A DNA stretch of 64,000 bases from Balanoglossus misakiensis. Taxonomy: Eukaryota > Animalia > Hemichordata. Of this stretch, positions 39,901-53,272 are shown piece after piece (the stretch's first letter is position 1; each line of letters starts with the position of its first letter). The notes beneath the pieces are model-generated. The model was not told the origin of the DNA. It ran no database searches and saw only the letters and a list, made by a program, of their open reading frames with translations. The stretch lies in assembly GCA_040954595.2 (NCBI GenBank), contig CM082576.2:4190760-4254759 (forward strand), in the 5' to 3' direction. The translations under genes and the position numbers were made by a program.

Positions 39901-42900
39901 CAGCCGACTTTCATCTGCGGCGCTTTGTACCTCATCTCAGAGATATTCCGCAGTCGACATGAAACAAGGTCATTGATACACGTAGCTAATGTAAGTATTG
40001 ATATTTTCACACTTGTGGATTTTTGTGTCTGTTCCCTCAAGTGTGAGATGGTGTGTGAGATATTGTTGCATTGGTGGTTGACCTTTCCATAAGTGTGTCT
40101 CTTTTTTTTCTGGATAAGTTCATTTTTGGACAAACAAGTGGTATTTTCTCACTGATTTATTGAATTGCTCAAAGAGGGTGGGTGGCTTAATTGAAAGTTT
40201 AGATCATCTCTGCTGTGGGCATCTGGGTAGAAATTCAAAGCTGTTTGGTAGAAGTTGGGTCAGTACACTATTTGTTTGAGTCTTTTGAGAATCTTTGATT
40301 GGGGCATGGTAGGTCCATCATTTCAGTCTGTGACCAATCTGTTTGGTAGATGGGAGATGTAGGGTTGGATACACATAATTGTGAATGTTTAATTTTGTCT
40401 TTAAATATGCAAGAAAAAAATGTTTATTCATACAGAATTTGGGTGATGATGATGATGAGGAAGAACAGTTTAAAGACATCAATACTGAAAGTGATCAAGA
40501 TGATGATGATGAAGAACGGAAGCTAGACAAAAACACAAGTGAAAAATCAGTGACTTCATCCTGGGTACATCACAAACTCAATAAAGGTAAATATAATTTC
40601 TTTTGTTGTCCCTTTGTTGTGCAATTCATATCTTGAAGAACCAACTGCATGTATGTGGATTTTGTTCTGTTTTGAGTAGTTCCAAAGTTACTAAGTGTAA
40701 GTTAGAGGTCAAAACTGCAAATGCTAAGCAAGAGATTTAATGTTTTCTCTCAACAGATTCTGACAAGAAGTTGCGGTATGATGCTCTCAGTCGGAATCCA
40801 TTGTATTGCGGGGCAGAGACAAGTATATTATGGGAATTACAAAAGGTAGGATGATCCTCGCCATTGCCCATGAATTAATTTTTTCATTTTATAATTCATA
40901 TTGAAAATACATTAGTCTGCATATCTTTATCTCTTTCTCTACTCATACTTTCATAATGATGAATTTAGGTTGAAAATGTGTGACCAGGGACATCATCTTC
41001 AGTTTTTTTTTCTGCTCCTGAAATATGTTGACATGTGCAAAGGTACTTTGCGCATTAGTCATAGAATAGTCTGAGAGGGGATGGACAAAACAAGACACAA
41101 GATGTGATCTGCAAATGTCACAGATATACGACCAAAGAAACTGAGGACAGATTCATGGCTCTTTCCGTTCGCCTCAAGTTATCATGAAACGAAAAAAGCA
41201 AGAAATCTTTCATGGCTGAAAAAAAGCACTGTCATTTGCATATTTTTCTCGTTCGGAGCAGCAAGGTCCTGACATAATGTACAGTCGACATAAATCTTCT
41301 ATAATGCGTGGAAATGACAATCACCCTCTAATGAATCCCCAAATGTGTCCCATTTCCTCGAAAGTGCAGCCAGTTTAACGCCAGCGCAAAAAATAAATGT
41401 TCTTGAGAGTGTATGTCATGCGGAAGACGAGATGATTTACTGGATTGTTTGTCTCCGGTGCTCGGCATGGCAACTGTGAATTCCATCTTAAAACAAAAGC
41501 TGTATTGTGACCTTTCACCTTTTGTTTCTCTTGTTCAGTTGGGCGATCACTATCACCCATCGGTGGCGCATTTTGCCAGGACCATTTTAGACGAAAAATT
41601 CATCCAGTACAGCGGTGATCCGTTACAAGACTTCACTCTGATCAAATTCCTGGATAGGTTTGTCTACAGGAACCCAAAGAATGTACATAAAGGTTGGTCA
41701 TTTCAGAAAATAAATAATGTCAGTGTTAAGTTGATCCCATATCATAGATAATTGTGTTCTTCTTTCGGAAACAGTGCTTGAATACAATGTACTGATAGAC
41801 AAAAGAATTTGCAGGAAGTATAACCCATAATAATAACTGGTTCTTCCATGGTGTTTTTGTACCCTTTAAAGAAAAATCATCAGTGATGGAACCCAAGTCT
41901 AAATCCTACCACCCGCCAGGAATTGGGTCACTGCCTGTCAACAGTGAGGCCTTTGTGAAGAAAGCAGAAGAAGAAATCCCGCTAGACCAGGTGTTTTTTC
42001 ACAGGTCAGTGTGTCACAGACACAACACTCCACCAGGTGGTCCTCAGCGGTCAGTGCCATAGGTGCCACTCGACCAGATGTTCTCTTATGGGTCACTGCA
42101 ATGGATGTCCACCAGACCAGGTGGTGTTTCACAAGACTGTCGCTAAGACCAGGTTTTCTTTCAGGATTAGGTTTTTGTTAGATTTTGGGGGGGATGATAA
42201 AACTTTAACCCTTTTCACCTCCTTTCTCTGCAAATGGGTTCAACCACACCAGAATCTCGTGCATCCATGGTGGTAAAAATACTTATTTCACCTGTATGAT
42301 TGCAAATTCTTGTCCAATCCATTTGCAGGTATTTCAGCAAAAGAGAGGAAGAGAAAAAGAAGAAAGATGGTTACTTGGAGGATCTTGACAGTGATGCATC
42401 CAGTGTTGAGGATGATGACTTTGATTCCTATTTACGTGAGTTGACCAGGTTGACCTTTGACCTTTCAGCAGACAACCAGTCCCAGTCAGAACCACTTTTG
42501 CCTGAACTTGCACAAAACCATCTGTTTCCAGACTGTTTTGGGACGACTCACAGTGCCTCTGGGAAATAAACATACATGTATGCTGTTACCCTCGTGGCCA
42601 GTCAATATGTGTATACTGTTACCCTAACATATACTTACTTTATTTTGTAGATAAACTGGAGAGAGGAGAAGTTGATATTGATGATGACATTGACTTTGCT
42701 GGGTAAGAAACCATTTCTGATTTGAAATACTTCATTTCGAAGACAGCCATGTTACAGAATATAACGTCGTACCTGTAGACTGACATGAACTTTCACTTTG
42801 TTTCTTGCAGTGAATTCAGCCGCAGAAAAGAGAAGAAAAAATCAAAGTCCCAGGATGAAGAGAGTGACGACAGTGAAGATTTGGAAGATCCTGATATCGA

Positions 42901-44755
42901 CGATGACAGTGACTTTGACTTTGGTGACTTTGATGATGATGACGATGAACTTGGTGAAGAAAACTTTGGCGGTGAAGACACTGAGGACTTTGAAGGTGAA
43001 TGAAAATATTTACATTAAATTTGAAAAGAATTGGATTTGTTTCCATATGATGGTACCACTGGTGGTTTACTTGCAGAATCTGAATTTGATTATCTCTATT
43101 CTTCTCACTGACAGTCAACCAAAGCAAAACTAGCGGGAAGGATGGAAGTTTGGCTGCCACGGCGACGAGTAAGAGGAAAAGGAAGAGAGGAAAGAAAGAA
43201 AAGAGAAGTGTCCAGGACGTCCAAGCCACAGCTGAAGAGGTACTGTATGACATGACAGATGCACTTACACCAGGCATCAGTCTTACGATGTGATTCAGTC
43301 AATATTGGTCTTTTGGTTTTTGTCGCAAAGTACAACAAAAAGCATTTGAAAATATGAAGAAGATAAAAGGAACTTCTACTTGGCTGTGTTGGTTTTCTGT
43401 CTGATTGATTTGAGTGATCGGTAACATGTGTTGTAAAATTGAAGGGATTGTCTACTTGAGCATGGCGCTTCATGACAAATGCTTGCTGTGAGTTTCATAA
43501 TGTAAACACTGGTACATGTAACTTGCTTTATGCATTAATTAAAAATGGGTTGTCGTTAACCACATGTACTTGTTGGAACTGTGGATTTGTAGCAAGGTCT
43601 GTGGGATGTGCCTTCTGATATTCGAATTCATTCATTTTCATTTCACATTGACTTTCAATATCTTCTGTGTTTTGAATGTTAATTTTTGCCAGTGTTAATT
43701 TCACAACACCTCCCCGTCAGTCATTTCTTGGTATTAGAAATGTTTATTCCTAGGTGATATTATTAATGATTGGTTTCTCCTTCAATTGATCCTTTTAGTT
43801 TGGAACCATGATGGATGAGAACATCGGGTCGAAGTTTGACAACATCGGAGTGAATGCAATGGCCAACAAAGACAAGGCTGGTAAGTGTCTGGCTTTGTGT
43901 GTGTGTGTTTGGGGGAGGGGGGGGGGTTAGTGAGTAAAATGTGCCATGCAGCTAATGTCTAGGTGTCACGATGTAATTTTAGATTTTTGTGCTCAGGGAA
44001 AGATACGAAAAGTGATTTATTGTAATGGTCTATCAAGATGTGTGAATAGTTGTCTTGGTGAAAGCATTTTGTAGACACTGTGATGTCATCTGCATTGTAC
44101 TGGAACACATAAGGATGGCACTGAAGAAAACCAACTAATGAGCTTTTGAAGTTTAGATCAGTGAGAGACTGGATTGAGCCAAATTTAGGACCATTTTACC
44201 TGGAATTTGGGAGAATTTAATTGTGATGATGCCGTGCTTATTTTAGGCCTGACATGCCATGTGTTGAATGAAATGAAGGTATCAGCTGTGATTTTCACAG
44301 TACTATGAACAGCGATAAACAGAAACCGTGAAATTCAATCGGAGGGACTCGCTTGGGATTGGCTTCAATCTAATTAAAACAGTTTGATTCAGTCTTCAAT
44401 ATCCAATGCCTCATCATGGACATGCCACCACTCTTGACACAATGCTAAATGAAAGAGTAAAACTTGACAAATGGGTCGTTGGTTTCCAAACCCGACAGTG
44501 CATCTTAGTTTCCCCAAAGTGGATATCATTAAATTTTAAACCAGTGTTGTGTGTGAAAAGCCACCATTTACACCGTTTTCCCCGCTTTCTCATTTTTCAG
44601 ACGTGAAGCAGCTGAAGTGGGAGGTGGCGCGTGACCGCTGGGTACGAGATGCTGACTTCAAAAGTATCAAAAGCAAAGGAAAGAACAGGAAAAATGTCAA
44701 ATCGCAAGGAAAATTTAGACAAAAGGGTGGATCGAGAAAAAAATTCAAAAGATAA
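33948..44755 (+). CDS. CEBPZ: CCAAT/enhancer-binding protein zeta (Noc1/Mak21, 60S biogenesis), 24 exons, about 1018 aa
   Basis: Exons 33948-34082, 34325-34458, 34610-34847, 35060-35168, 35316-35572, 35712-35834, 36080-36169, 36388-36472, 36683-36767, 37052-37148, 37276-37360, 37535-37649, 39185-39326, 39862-39990, 40436-40586, 40757-40845, 41539-41692, 41872-42004, 42329-42435, 42651-42702, 42811-42995, 43115-43239, 43799-43880, 44601-44755 (3057 nt). Motifs: SGTLGDKMAAL, LVNKVGDPDRKIA, MLSALLTGVNRAYPY, DRFYMALYKKL, HYHPSV...YSGDPLQDFTLIKFLDRFVYRNPK, acidic tracts, KQLKWE. Confidence 0.94.
41979..42170 (+). repeat. Degenerate tandem copies (about 5, 32-46 bp spacing) of the CEBPZ exon-18 3' end and donor
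   Basis: The core ACCAG(G/A)T recurs at 41986, 42032, 42073, 42116 and 42148, with flanks resembling ccgctagaccaggtgttttttcacaggtcagtg. Confidence 0.65.
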
Positions 44756-45793
44756 CAGCTGGATTTATTACTGAGTCAAATATGTCTGTCTATATTTGAG
44801 AAAATAAATTTATGTCCAAAAATACAATTCTTTGTGCTGTCTTGTATTTGTTGTATGTACATATAGCAGTGGGAATTTGTTGAGTCACATGGTATTTACT
44901 TTCTGTCATTCATTCTATGCCGGTAATAAGCAGTTGACGAAACATAAGAAGTTTTTGGAAGAAAAATTTCAGATTTTTAAGATGATGTGATTTTGGGTGT
45001 TTTGAAAAGAATGAGCAGACACTGCCCCAGTGTGATGTCTGCCACCTCATTATGCAAGAGAGAACAGAAAGATGTTACATCGTTTTTAAAATGGCAATGA
45101 CGTTATTTGAGATTACCAGTTAGTTACATCACATATCTTCGGAAGGTCCTGATCCTCTCCACGGCATGGCATGGAGAGACTTCAGAGGATTCTGTGTGAA
45201 AAAAACGAATGCTAATGAAAGAAATGAAGTTGCATAGCGGCAGTAATCAGAATTCCTGGAATATGTGAACATGGGAAAGAGCACTTAAAAGCTACTACTG
45301 TGCTAATTGTAAATAACCTGTTATAAACATTTCGGCGTGATTTCATTCTCTGCCAACCACAAGGCATGAAGACATCGAGCTGATCCTGGACCGAATAGTT
45401 TCGCACAATTCCGTGTGGTTGTGTGTCTGGAGTCATTGGATCCGACACAAAAGTGAAAGAACAACGACAACTCTGATATGACATCGATATGCTAGTCTTT
45501 TTCTTTGAAAGAAATCCTAGTGAAATGTTTGACAGATTCACATTCAGAACCATTGCAGAAGAACTTCAAATATCGTATTTACAATTGGCTGTAAGCAAAA
45601 GGTTTATTTTCTATGATCATACTTCGACTTTTTAATTAACGAAATTAGAGTTACGTGAAAAATAGTTTTCTACCTCTATCCCCGACGTGCTATTCAACCG
45701 ATTGACCAAAATACATATTCAGCCAGTTTTATTTGTATTGCAAACGCCATCTTCAAATAATATCTCTGTCGGTAAAGAACACTCGAGTCAGGA

Positions 45794-48700
45794 ATGTTCA
45801 GTCTTGGAGAAGACAGAGCAAACACAAAATTCAGGTAAAGTGACCCCTGATGAACTGTGCATACCTTGGACCCAAATTATTCATGCAAGGATTACGACAA
45901 CACAAACAAACCAGGGTGTTTTTGTGAACAAATGACAGAACCACGCACGGGGCCATGTTTGCAGTACAAATATTTTCTTAAATTCTTCAAACCACAGTCT
46001 GCTGGACTCGGGCTCTGTGAAGCTCCGCAGCCAGTTAGCATTGCCAGGCTCATTATGTGATGTTTCCCAGTGCAAGGAAAGATGATGCGTCTCTATAGAA
46101 ACGTCTCTAAGATGTGATCGGAGCTGTGTCTGCCATCTTCAATATCTTCGATATAGACAGGTTTACCACCCAGAAATGCTAGTATAGATAGAGCATCCAT
46201 ACTGTGGCATTTAAAAACGAAACTTTTTATTTTTTGAAGACCGATAATTACGCACAGTCAATGAGCAAATCAACAAGTTTCTTCTAGATCCTAGCGGAAC
46301 CCATCTATAAACCATATTTTTCTCATATAAGATCAGTTCATTCGTTGATTCCCGAAAATAGTGCAACCTCCGAGCTGTTAAATGGTTCGCGCCTTGCTTT
46401 GACCACAATACGAAAAGCTCGCTGCCGACTTCGCGATCTGACTCAAGTCGTCTGCCGCAAAGACAGGTCTTCATGGTGTCAAAATTACAGGGCACCTCAT
46501 CAATTCGCTGATCTCAAACTGACTTTACAGCAAAAAAGGTTAACATATAAAACCCAACCAATAAATGTCGCTTGTGAAGACGGTGCGTGTAAATTCGTTT
46601 ATGTCGGGTAATAAGGTTCAAGAGTTCACTGGAGAAAGAAAAACTTATCGACTTTTGAGACGAAACTTCAAATTGCGATATGCGCGTTGGGTCAGCACTG
46701 GCTATTTTTTCTCTTTTTGAAATTATTATTGATAGAAAACATATTTTTATCTGAAGCCCTCTTGACCTTTGTCACAATTTATCATACTGACTTCGCGGAC
46801 TGTCTTAGTTCACAAAATAAATAAGAGCAAGTGCCTTTACACCCTTAGCTGACAGTCTCGCAAATAATTAGTTCGCCGCACTACAGAAATATGATGGTCG
46901 CATCTCCCTCAGCGACGGAACAGACGTCAAGACTCCAGCCAGCAGCACCGACGAGACGCTCGAGATTTGACGGGTAAAAGTAAAATCTTCCTTTTCCGTG
47001 GTTCAAGCACTTGGGGAGCAGTTAAAACTCACGGCACGCAAGATATGAACAAGTTGTAGTGGTCAACCGCTGGTCTACATGTAGTGGCTATTCTCGCTCC
47101 TACCTTCATGTACGGGAGGAAACATGTGTATGTTGTCCATTGCGTTTATTATGACATAATCGGGACCAAATAAATGTATTTGGATGAAACCAACGACGAA
47201 AGTGACCGATGTACGACCCAATCACTGCTTCCAAGTAAGACAAAAGTGGTGCGGTGTTCAATTGTAACAGTAAACCAGAATTTTTGAAATGCGAAAGCTA
47301 CTTATCGATTAGTTCTGGCCTCTCGAGACGTTTTAAGGATTGCGATTTTATAGATCGGATGTACACCTTTTCTTAATTATTGTGCGACTTTTTTTCGCGC
47401 AGTGTTTATCGCTAGTTTTCGTTTCTTTTCCCACACCATTTAAAAAAATTCAACGTGGATTTCAGATTTGCAGACATTTTGAAGACAGTCTCTCCGCACC
47501 ATGTCTAGATACTTAGAATCGCATCATCTCCCTGCGTACATTGCATTGGTCGACCCTTTGTTAATATCACGCCCATATCAACCAGTTCCACACGTGTAAT
47601 CCAAGTTCCGTCATACTAGACAGACGTCCTATATTTGTCGGTAACGTGACCCACTTAATACCAGCAACACAATAGTGAACGCGTTTTGTGCGCATCATAT
47701 AAATAATCATAATCTGGTACGTCGGCTTAAATGATATTCGTATAGTCATATATGCACAGTCCCACTAAACTGTGCCGCACTCGAAAACGGCTGCGAGTTT
47801 GTGTGGAACAAATTTACTCGGTCATTACCGATAAATTTATCTTACTAAAAGTCAACAAAATATCAGCCATGGTGCATCGGCCGTTCTGCTACCGGAATTA
47901 CGCACTGTACGCTTAGTCTTGAATGATCCGTGCCTGTGCAGGGGGTCTCCTGGCTCGTGAAAGAGATATAAAAAAATTTTTTATACACATGAAAACAAAA
48001 AGTCTCCAAGCTTTGTCCGCCGAAACCGACCTTCGAGGTATGGATGACCCACACTCGGGTGCACGGTGCACATAAAAGAGCTGTACTTCAGGGGTCGACT
48101 GAATGTCATGGGGCGGTCAAAAGTATCGGTCGCTGCGGTTGTGTTGTATGTATCTCAGCAATTAATTTTTCGCTTTTGTGGATGTCATTAGGCATCAATA
48201 ACAATAACAAGAACTGGTCCCCTTTTCTACAGCAGTGAAGGGCGGTCGCGGAATCTTGGTCTTCAACGGCGTTGAGTTCTTTTCAAGTTCTGTGGTGGTA
48301 TTTCATTCACACAATTATTGAACAACGGTAACAATGGCGAATACTAAAACCGCAATTGTCTTCGACTGCTATTTAGAGCAGTGTCTGCGACAGACACAAA
48401 GCTTGCTACCTCCAGTCTGTTTTCTTTGTTCATATATAAAGTTCTGGAGTAAACCTGGAAAATATATCTGGACTATTACAAAGACCCCCTTTAGACAAGG
48501 TCGTGCACATGTATTATTGAACAAAAGGGGTTTTACCGATTGGTAAAGATTGAATACTTTTTTTTCTGAAAGACCCAGACTGTTTTGAACATCAACGTTT
48601 CCCATTTAGGTTTTTTGTTGGGATTCAGTCGACCACGGCTCAAGCCTCTACGGCAGCAGCTAGCTATAGCTGGATCACCGATGCGTGTATCGACTTGGAT

Positions 48701-50946
48701 ACTCACATCCTCTGCCACTTTCACAAATTTACCAAAGATTTCGGGTTTCCTTTAATTAATTAAGTCAATGAAACTTCGACAACAATTAACAAGCCCCTCG
48801 CCGCCGGTATAAAACTGCGGGAGTAGAAATCACAACTGGCACAGCAGACACACGACCTCCAGACAGAAACCGCGGCTAGCATAATTAAATTGTCCAATCG
48901 TCGACTACATAACGTCACAGTCGACCAATCGGCAGCTCCATTTCTTCGCGGTTTTTTATGCTGATGTCTGACAATCTGTTCGATTCGCCGCATTACACTG
49001 AGGAGTTGCGATTCGAACAGATAATTTCACCCCGAAAATAGGGCCCCATGACGACCGCTTGACAAGCTACAATATGTGCAACGGCAAGGACGAATATTTT
49101 ATCTCCATTTCGGCACTCCAGTCAAAGAATTTGCTCTAGAAGACATCCACAAATGGCTCCGGCGAAAAAGGCTAAGGGTTCTAGGTAGGTGAGCTCATGG
49201 CTATATAGAAACACAGAGGCCTTACACAGCTTTATGCAAATTGCGTGTCCTCGTGTGTCCTCAATGCCGTCCAGAAGCAGACTAAGCTATAAGTGTACAT
49301 TGCGATAGGTTTATATATGATGATCTGTCGCGCAGCCTCGCGTGGCTTGGCTAACGTGGGGGTGTCTGATCGGCTTTCCAAGTTTACATTGACACACGGA
49401 GCTGAGTCGTTGCATTTTAAAAACCCGTTCCGTCGGACGTGATGGCAAGTAATCGGTGAGTATTGTAGTGAATCCAGTGACAGCTGCACTACTCACTTAA
49501 CTACTACGGTGTAGTGGGAAGTGCCTGCGCGCTTATATTCCGAGTACAGCACGACGATTGCATAATATTACGCCTTTTTATTCACGTCTCCATGTTAAAT
49601 TGTTCAGTTGGGGTACATGGTACGCCCATAGGCGGGCACAGAAGGGGCGCTGAGTTCTGAAAATTTTGGAGACTTATTAATTTCGTCACTGCTACAAGAA
49701 CAGCCGACGGCAAACCACTTGAGTGACGGAAACTTGACGTAGGACATTTTAAAGGATTGTTTTGAGTCGCGTGAAATCGACAAACAGCGAAGAGGATTGC
49801 AATGGCGAAACAAATCACAACCCGTCGGATATGTTGTGTCAGTTTCGTCGGCACCACGGCAGCTGAAAGGTTCATTTTTCGGTATCGGTGTTTTTGTACG
49901 GTTCAATGTCCTACAATAATAACACAGACAAACAAACAATAAAAACAAAGTACAACCAACAGTTAGTTTATTTGGTGGAAACTTGGTACAGTAACCAATT
50001 GAATATCCCGTTTTCGGAGTTTAACAACGTTGAGTACCGCACGGTGCCAGGCAGGCAGTTACAAGGGCCGACTTTCCATGAAAATGGTTCATATATTTGA
50101 GGATACGCACCGGACTACAAAAGACCAGCCATGTTTCGTTAAATTTAAGTTGCCAAGACTGGAAGTTATAATGATCAAGACTTGTTTCCAGCTGGAAAAA
50201 CCTCTTGCAATGATTATCAAAACTATAATGGAAGTAAAGTGCGGCGTGAACTCTGACCATTGACCACAAGATCCTGCGAGTATTGGTTCCGCCCGCCACC
50301 ATGCCAAATTTCAGTGTGTATAACTAAGTACCGCCATTTTGCATTTTATCCATGTTAAATTTCAACCGCGAATGATGTCAGATTTCATATCATAAACTCA
50401 TTTCTTCGACCAAAAAAGGCATCCACTCGTTACACGTTCAGCAGGCGACAAGTACTGCTCGTACTGGTTTCGTGTAGAAAGTTTTTAGATAACTTAATAT
50501 TCTAGTAATGTACGGACAATAATACGACATTGACGTCCCCATCACGAACTTACTTTCTGTCAAATCGAAACAGCCTGTTTTTTTTCCATTCGATGTCTAG
50601 TACTTTGCCAAGGAATGTGCCAACACCGTAACCAGACAACCCAAGCATCGATATAAAAATCGTCATGCAACTATCATTGACCCTAAAAACGTGCAGTTAG
50701 AAAATGAATACAAGTAGCTTACAACTCTCTGATTTCGGGAGACTTTCAACCGACATTTCGATATATTATTGGTAAGTTTTGATCATGTCGCATTAATACC
50801 TTAGCTAAACCTTTAAAATAATACTAGCAACCATGTACACAAATTAAAAGAAAAAGATGTTCTTTACGTTGTTGTTTCGCTTTTTAATGTTCTAGGGGAA
50901 ACAACGGCCAGACTGACACCGCCGCTCCCCCTGAACGGAACGAACG
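45794..50946 (+). CDS. Putative 5' end of an unidentified gene: alternative first coding exons plus a shared 51-nt exon (50896-50946)
   Basis: ATG-to-donor open frames, all phase 2: 45794-45834, 46891-46973, 48334-48542, 49153-49184, 49442-49455, 50704-50771. The shared exon has a pyrimidine-rich acceptor (..tttttaatgttctag) and an ACG/GTAAGA donor, and reads xGNNGQTDTAAPPERNER in phase 2. No homology is recognised. Confidence 0.5.
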
Positions 50947-52999
50947 GTAAGAAACCTCCCCTCAAAAATGCTGCTGCGTTTGAGCTCTTAGCCCGTGACG
51001 TACGTACGTACCCTCGCAAAGAATCACTTGAGGAGAAAAACAAAACCGGAGGGTGTAGATTTTTGACCCGTAAAATAATTGTGGCTTAACCGCGAAGCCA
51101 TTACCACGAGCATTCTTGCAGTATATACCACGAATAAGTATTTGTAGCATGGGTTATTACGCCATGGAGGAGAATGAACTTCAAGAAAAAAGTTTGTAGT
51201 AGACGTAAAAATTCTTGCGCGCGTTACTTCTTGGATTTCTCCCCGAAAGTTGCGATTCACAATGTTATTGGTGCCGATTTTCTCGACGGTCCCGATGCAT
51301 TATTGGGAAAACAAAAAGTAGCTTACAGGAGTGTTTTTCAGTTTAGGAAAGTACGTAAAATAACCATTGTACGACACACAATTTAAGTAAATTAGTGTTG
51401 ATTCTGTTGTAAACCGGTAATCATGTTTTCCTGTTGATCACAGATCGGGTTAATGTTTCTGACCTCTACATGTCGGGATAGGAATACGTAATTCCTGTCG
51501 TGGCTGTGAAACTTTTGCTCAACATATCAGGTCAACACCACTGTATTTGGCAACTGAAAATTGCGGTTTTACTTCTGACGAACTTTTAATGTCTTGTCAA
51601 CCAGAGGAGCTTTGGTTAAAGTTGTTTGCACATATTTAGTTGGGATTGTACTACTAGGATAAGACAACTTTAGAAGGCGACCCTTTTCAGAACAGTAGCA
51701 ACTTTTGCCATCGGTAATGCAAAGAAAGGAGCCTAGAATTACAAGTACAAGATTACATATGTGTGATTTATTGAATAATGAACATTATACATGATAGAAC
51801 ACATTTCTTCCTGGATTTGTCTTATCAGGTCGACAAAGGGTGGAAAGATCGTTTTTTTTGCACTCCTATAATTCTGTTTGTCTCTTGTGTACAAGATACT
51901 CATTAGTAGAAAAAAGTGCAGTATCAACAGAAACACAGATATCTGCCATTGGAAAAAAAGACAAATTTGCTTCAATATCACAAAGGTATACAATTCTCAT
52001 TGTGGATGTTTTTAGCTGTATGGTATGAAGGCTGAGTTTAGGATGTTTTTCTTGTTAATATTTAGGAACAGTTGAAATGGTGTATGCAAGCTTTCAGGCT
52101 TCACCTTTGCTACCAGAAAGAACTGCAGTTAAGAAAAAAACCTCTTCAATTATAGTACATGAAAATGAATTAATTTTCCTTCAATTTGTCAGAAGCATAA
52201 ATTTACTAAAATATGATCTAGAAAACTGTTGTTGTAGTTGTAAGGATCAACCCCAATACATAATACAAACCAGAGCTTCAATAATCCTGTTTTTATTTTC
52301 TATGCCATAGATCTTTTCAATTGGAGTACAAGATTTGCAAATATATGTAAAAAAGCATAATGTTCGTGTGTTCAAAGGCTCAGTAGGAGGTTTCTCTGAT
52401 TGAATGTTGTGCCAAGCTTGTCCATATAGTCTTTTCATGTCATGGGGCGTTAAGGAAACTGTTACTACAGAGTACTGTGCATAACAGTGGCTTTGATTCG
52501 AACTCTGCAAAAATAACTCAGAATATTTTCTTCCAAAATCTATTGGTATTTTGGGAAACTCTTTTTATTCACCTAAGTTAGAACAATCTTGAAAGAAACT
52601 TGTGTATCATTTGAGAAATATTACTAGTGTGCTTTTTTACCTTTCCCCCCAGAAATAATTACCAGAGATTTGCATTATTACAGAGATAAAAAAATCATGT
52701 TGAAAAATGAATGACAATGTTATTAATGACTGGCATGTTTACTTTTGACTAATTAGTGATAACCTTGCCTGCTGAACCAACCCATCAAATGTCAATAGAC
52801 TTTTGAGTTGAAGCTTGATAGGTATCTCAGGGGTTGTCTCACAGTTCAAGAACTCTCAGAATACATGTACCATTGTGTATTATTAGGAAAAAAACATTCA
52901 CCTCGGTTCACAAGGAATGTCGAGTTTTGGTACTCATAAGTAGAAGGTATTTTGGTCTTCTGAGACACAAGATGGCAGTAAATGGGTTTTTTTTTTTTT

Positions 53000-53272
53000 G
53001 CTTCAATGGCAGGGCACCATGTCCATTTCATGTTCTATTTTAAGTTTATTTTGTAACAAACTAACAAATAATATTTGTAAGTTTCCAAAGGCTTCAATGG
53101 CAGGGCACCATGTCCATTTCAAGTTCTATTTTAAGTTTATTTTGTAACAAACTAACAAATAATATTTGTAAGTTTCCAAAGGCTTCAATGGCAGGGCACC
53201 ATGTCCATTTCATGTTCTATTTTAAGTTTATTTTGTAACAAACTAACAAATAATATTTGTAAGTTTCCAAAG
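53000..53272. repeat. Tandem repeat, 91 bp x 3, near-identical
   Basis: The unit gcttcaatggcagggcaccatgtccatttc...taatatttgtaagtttccaaag starts at 53000, 53091 and 53182. One substitution is visible in copy 2. Confidence 0.95.

Noticed and set aside
40952-41027. C/D-box snoRNA candidate in a CEBPZ intron (ATGATGA...CTGA); similar pairs near 24383, 44223 and 49317
   Set aside because: No convincing rRNA-complementary guide or terminal stem. A snoscan or Infernal search would be needed.
48013-48062. Hammerhead-ribozyme-like GAAAC plus stems
   Set aside because: It lacks the CUGANGA core and stem I.
48215-48225. Partial miR-133-like match (TGGTCCCCTT)
   Set aside because: Only 10 nt match and there is no precursor hairpin.
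50290-50327. Near-perfect Kozak context (cccgccaccATG) in the promoter array
   Set aside because: The frame closes after 8 codons with no phase-2 donor.
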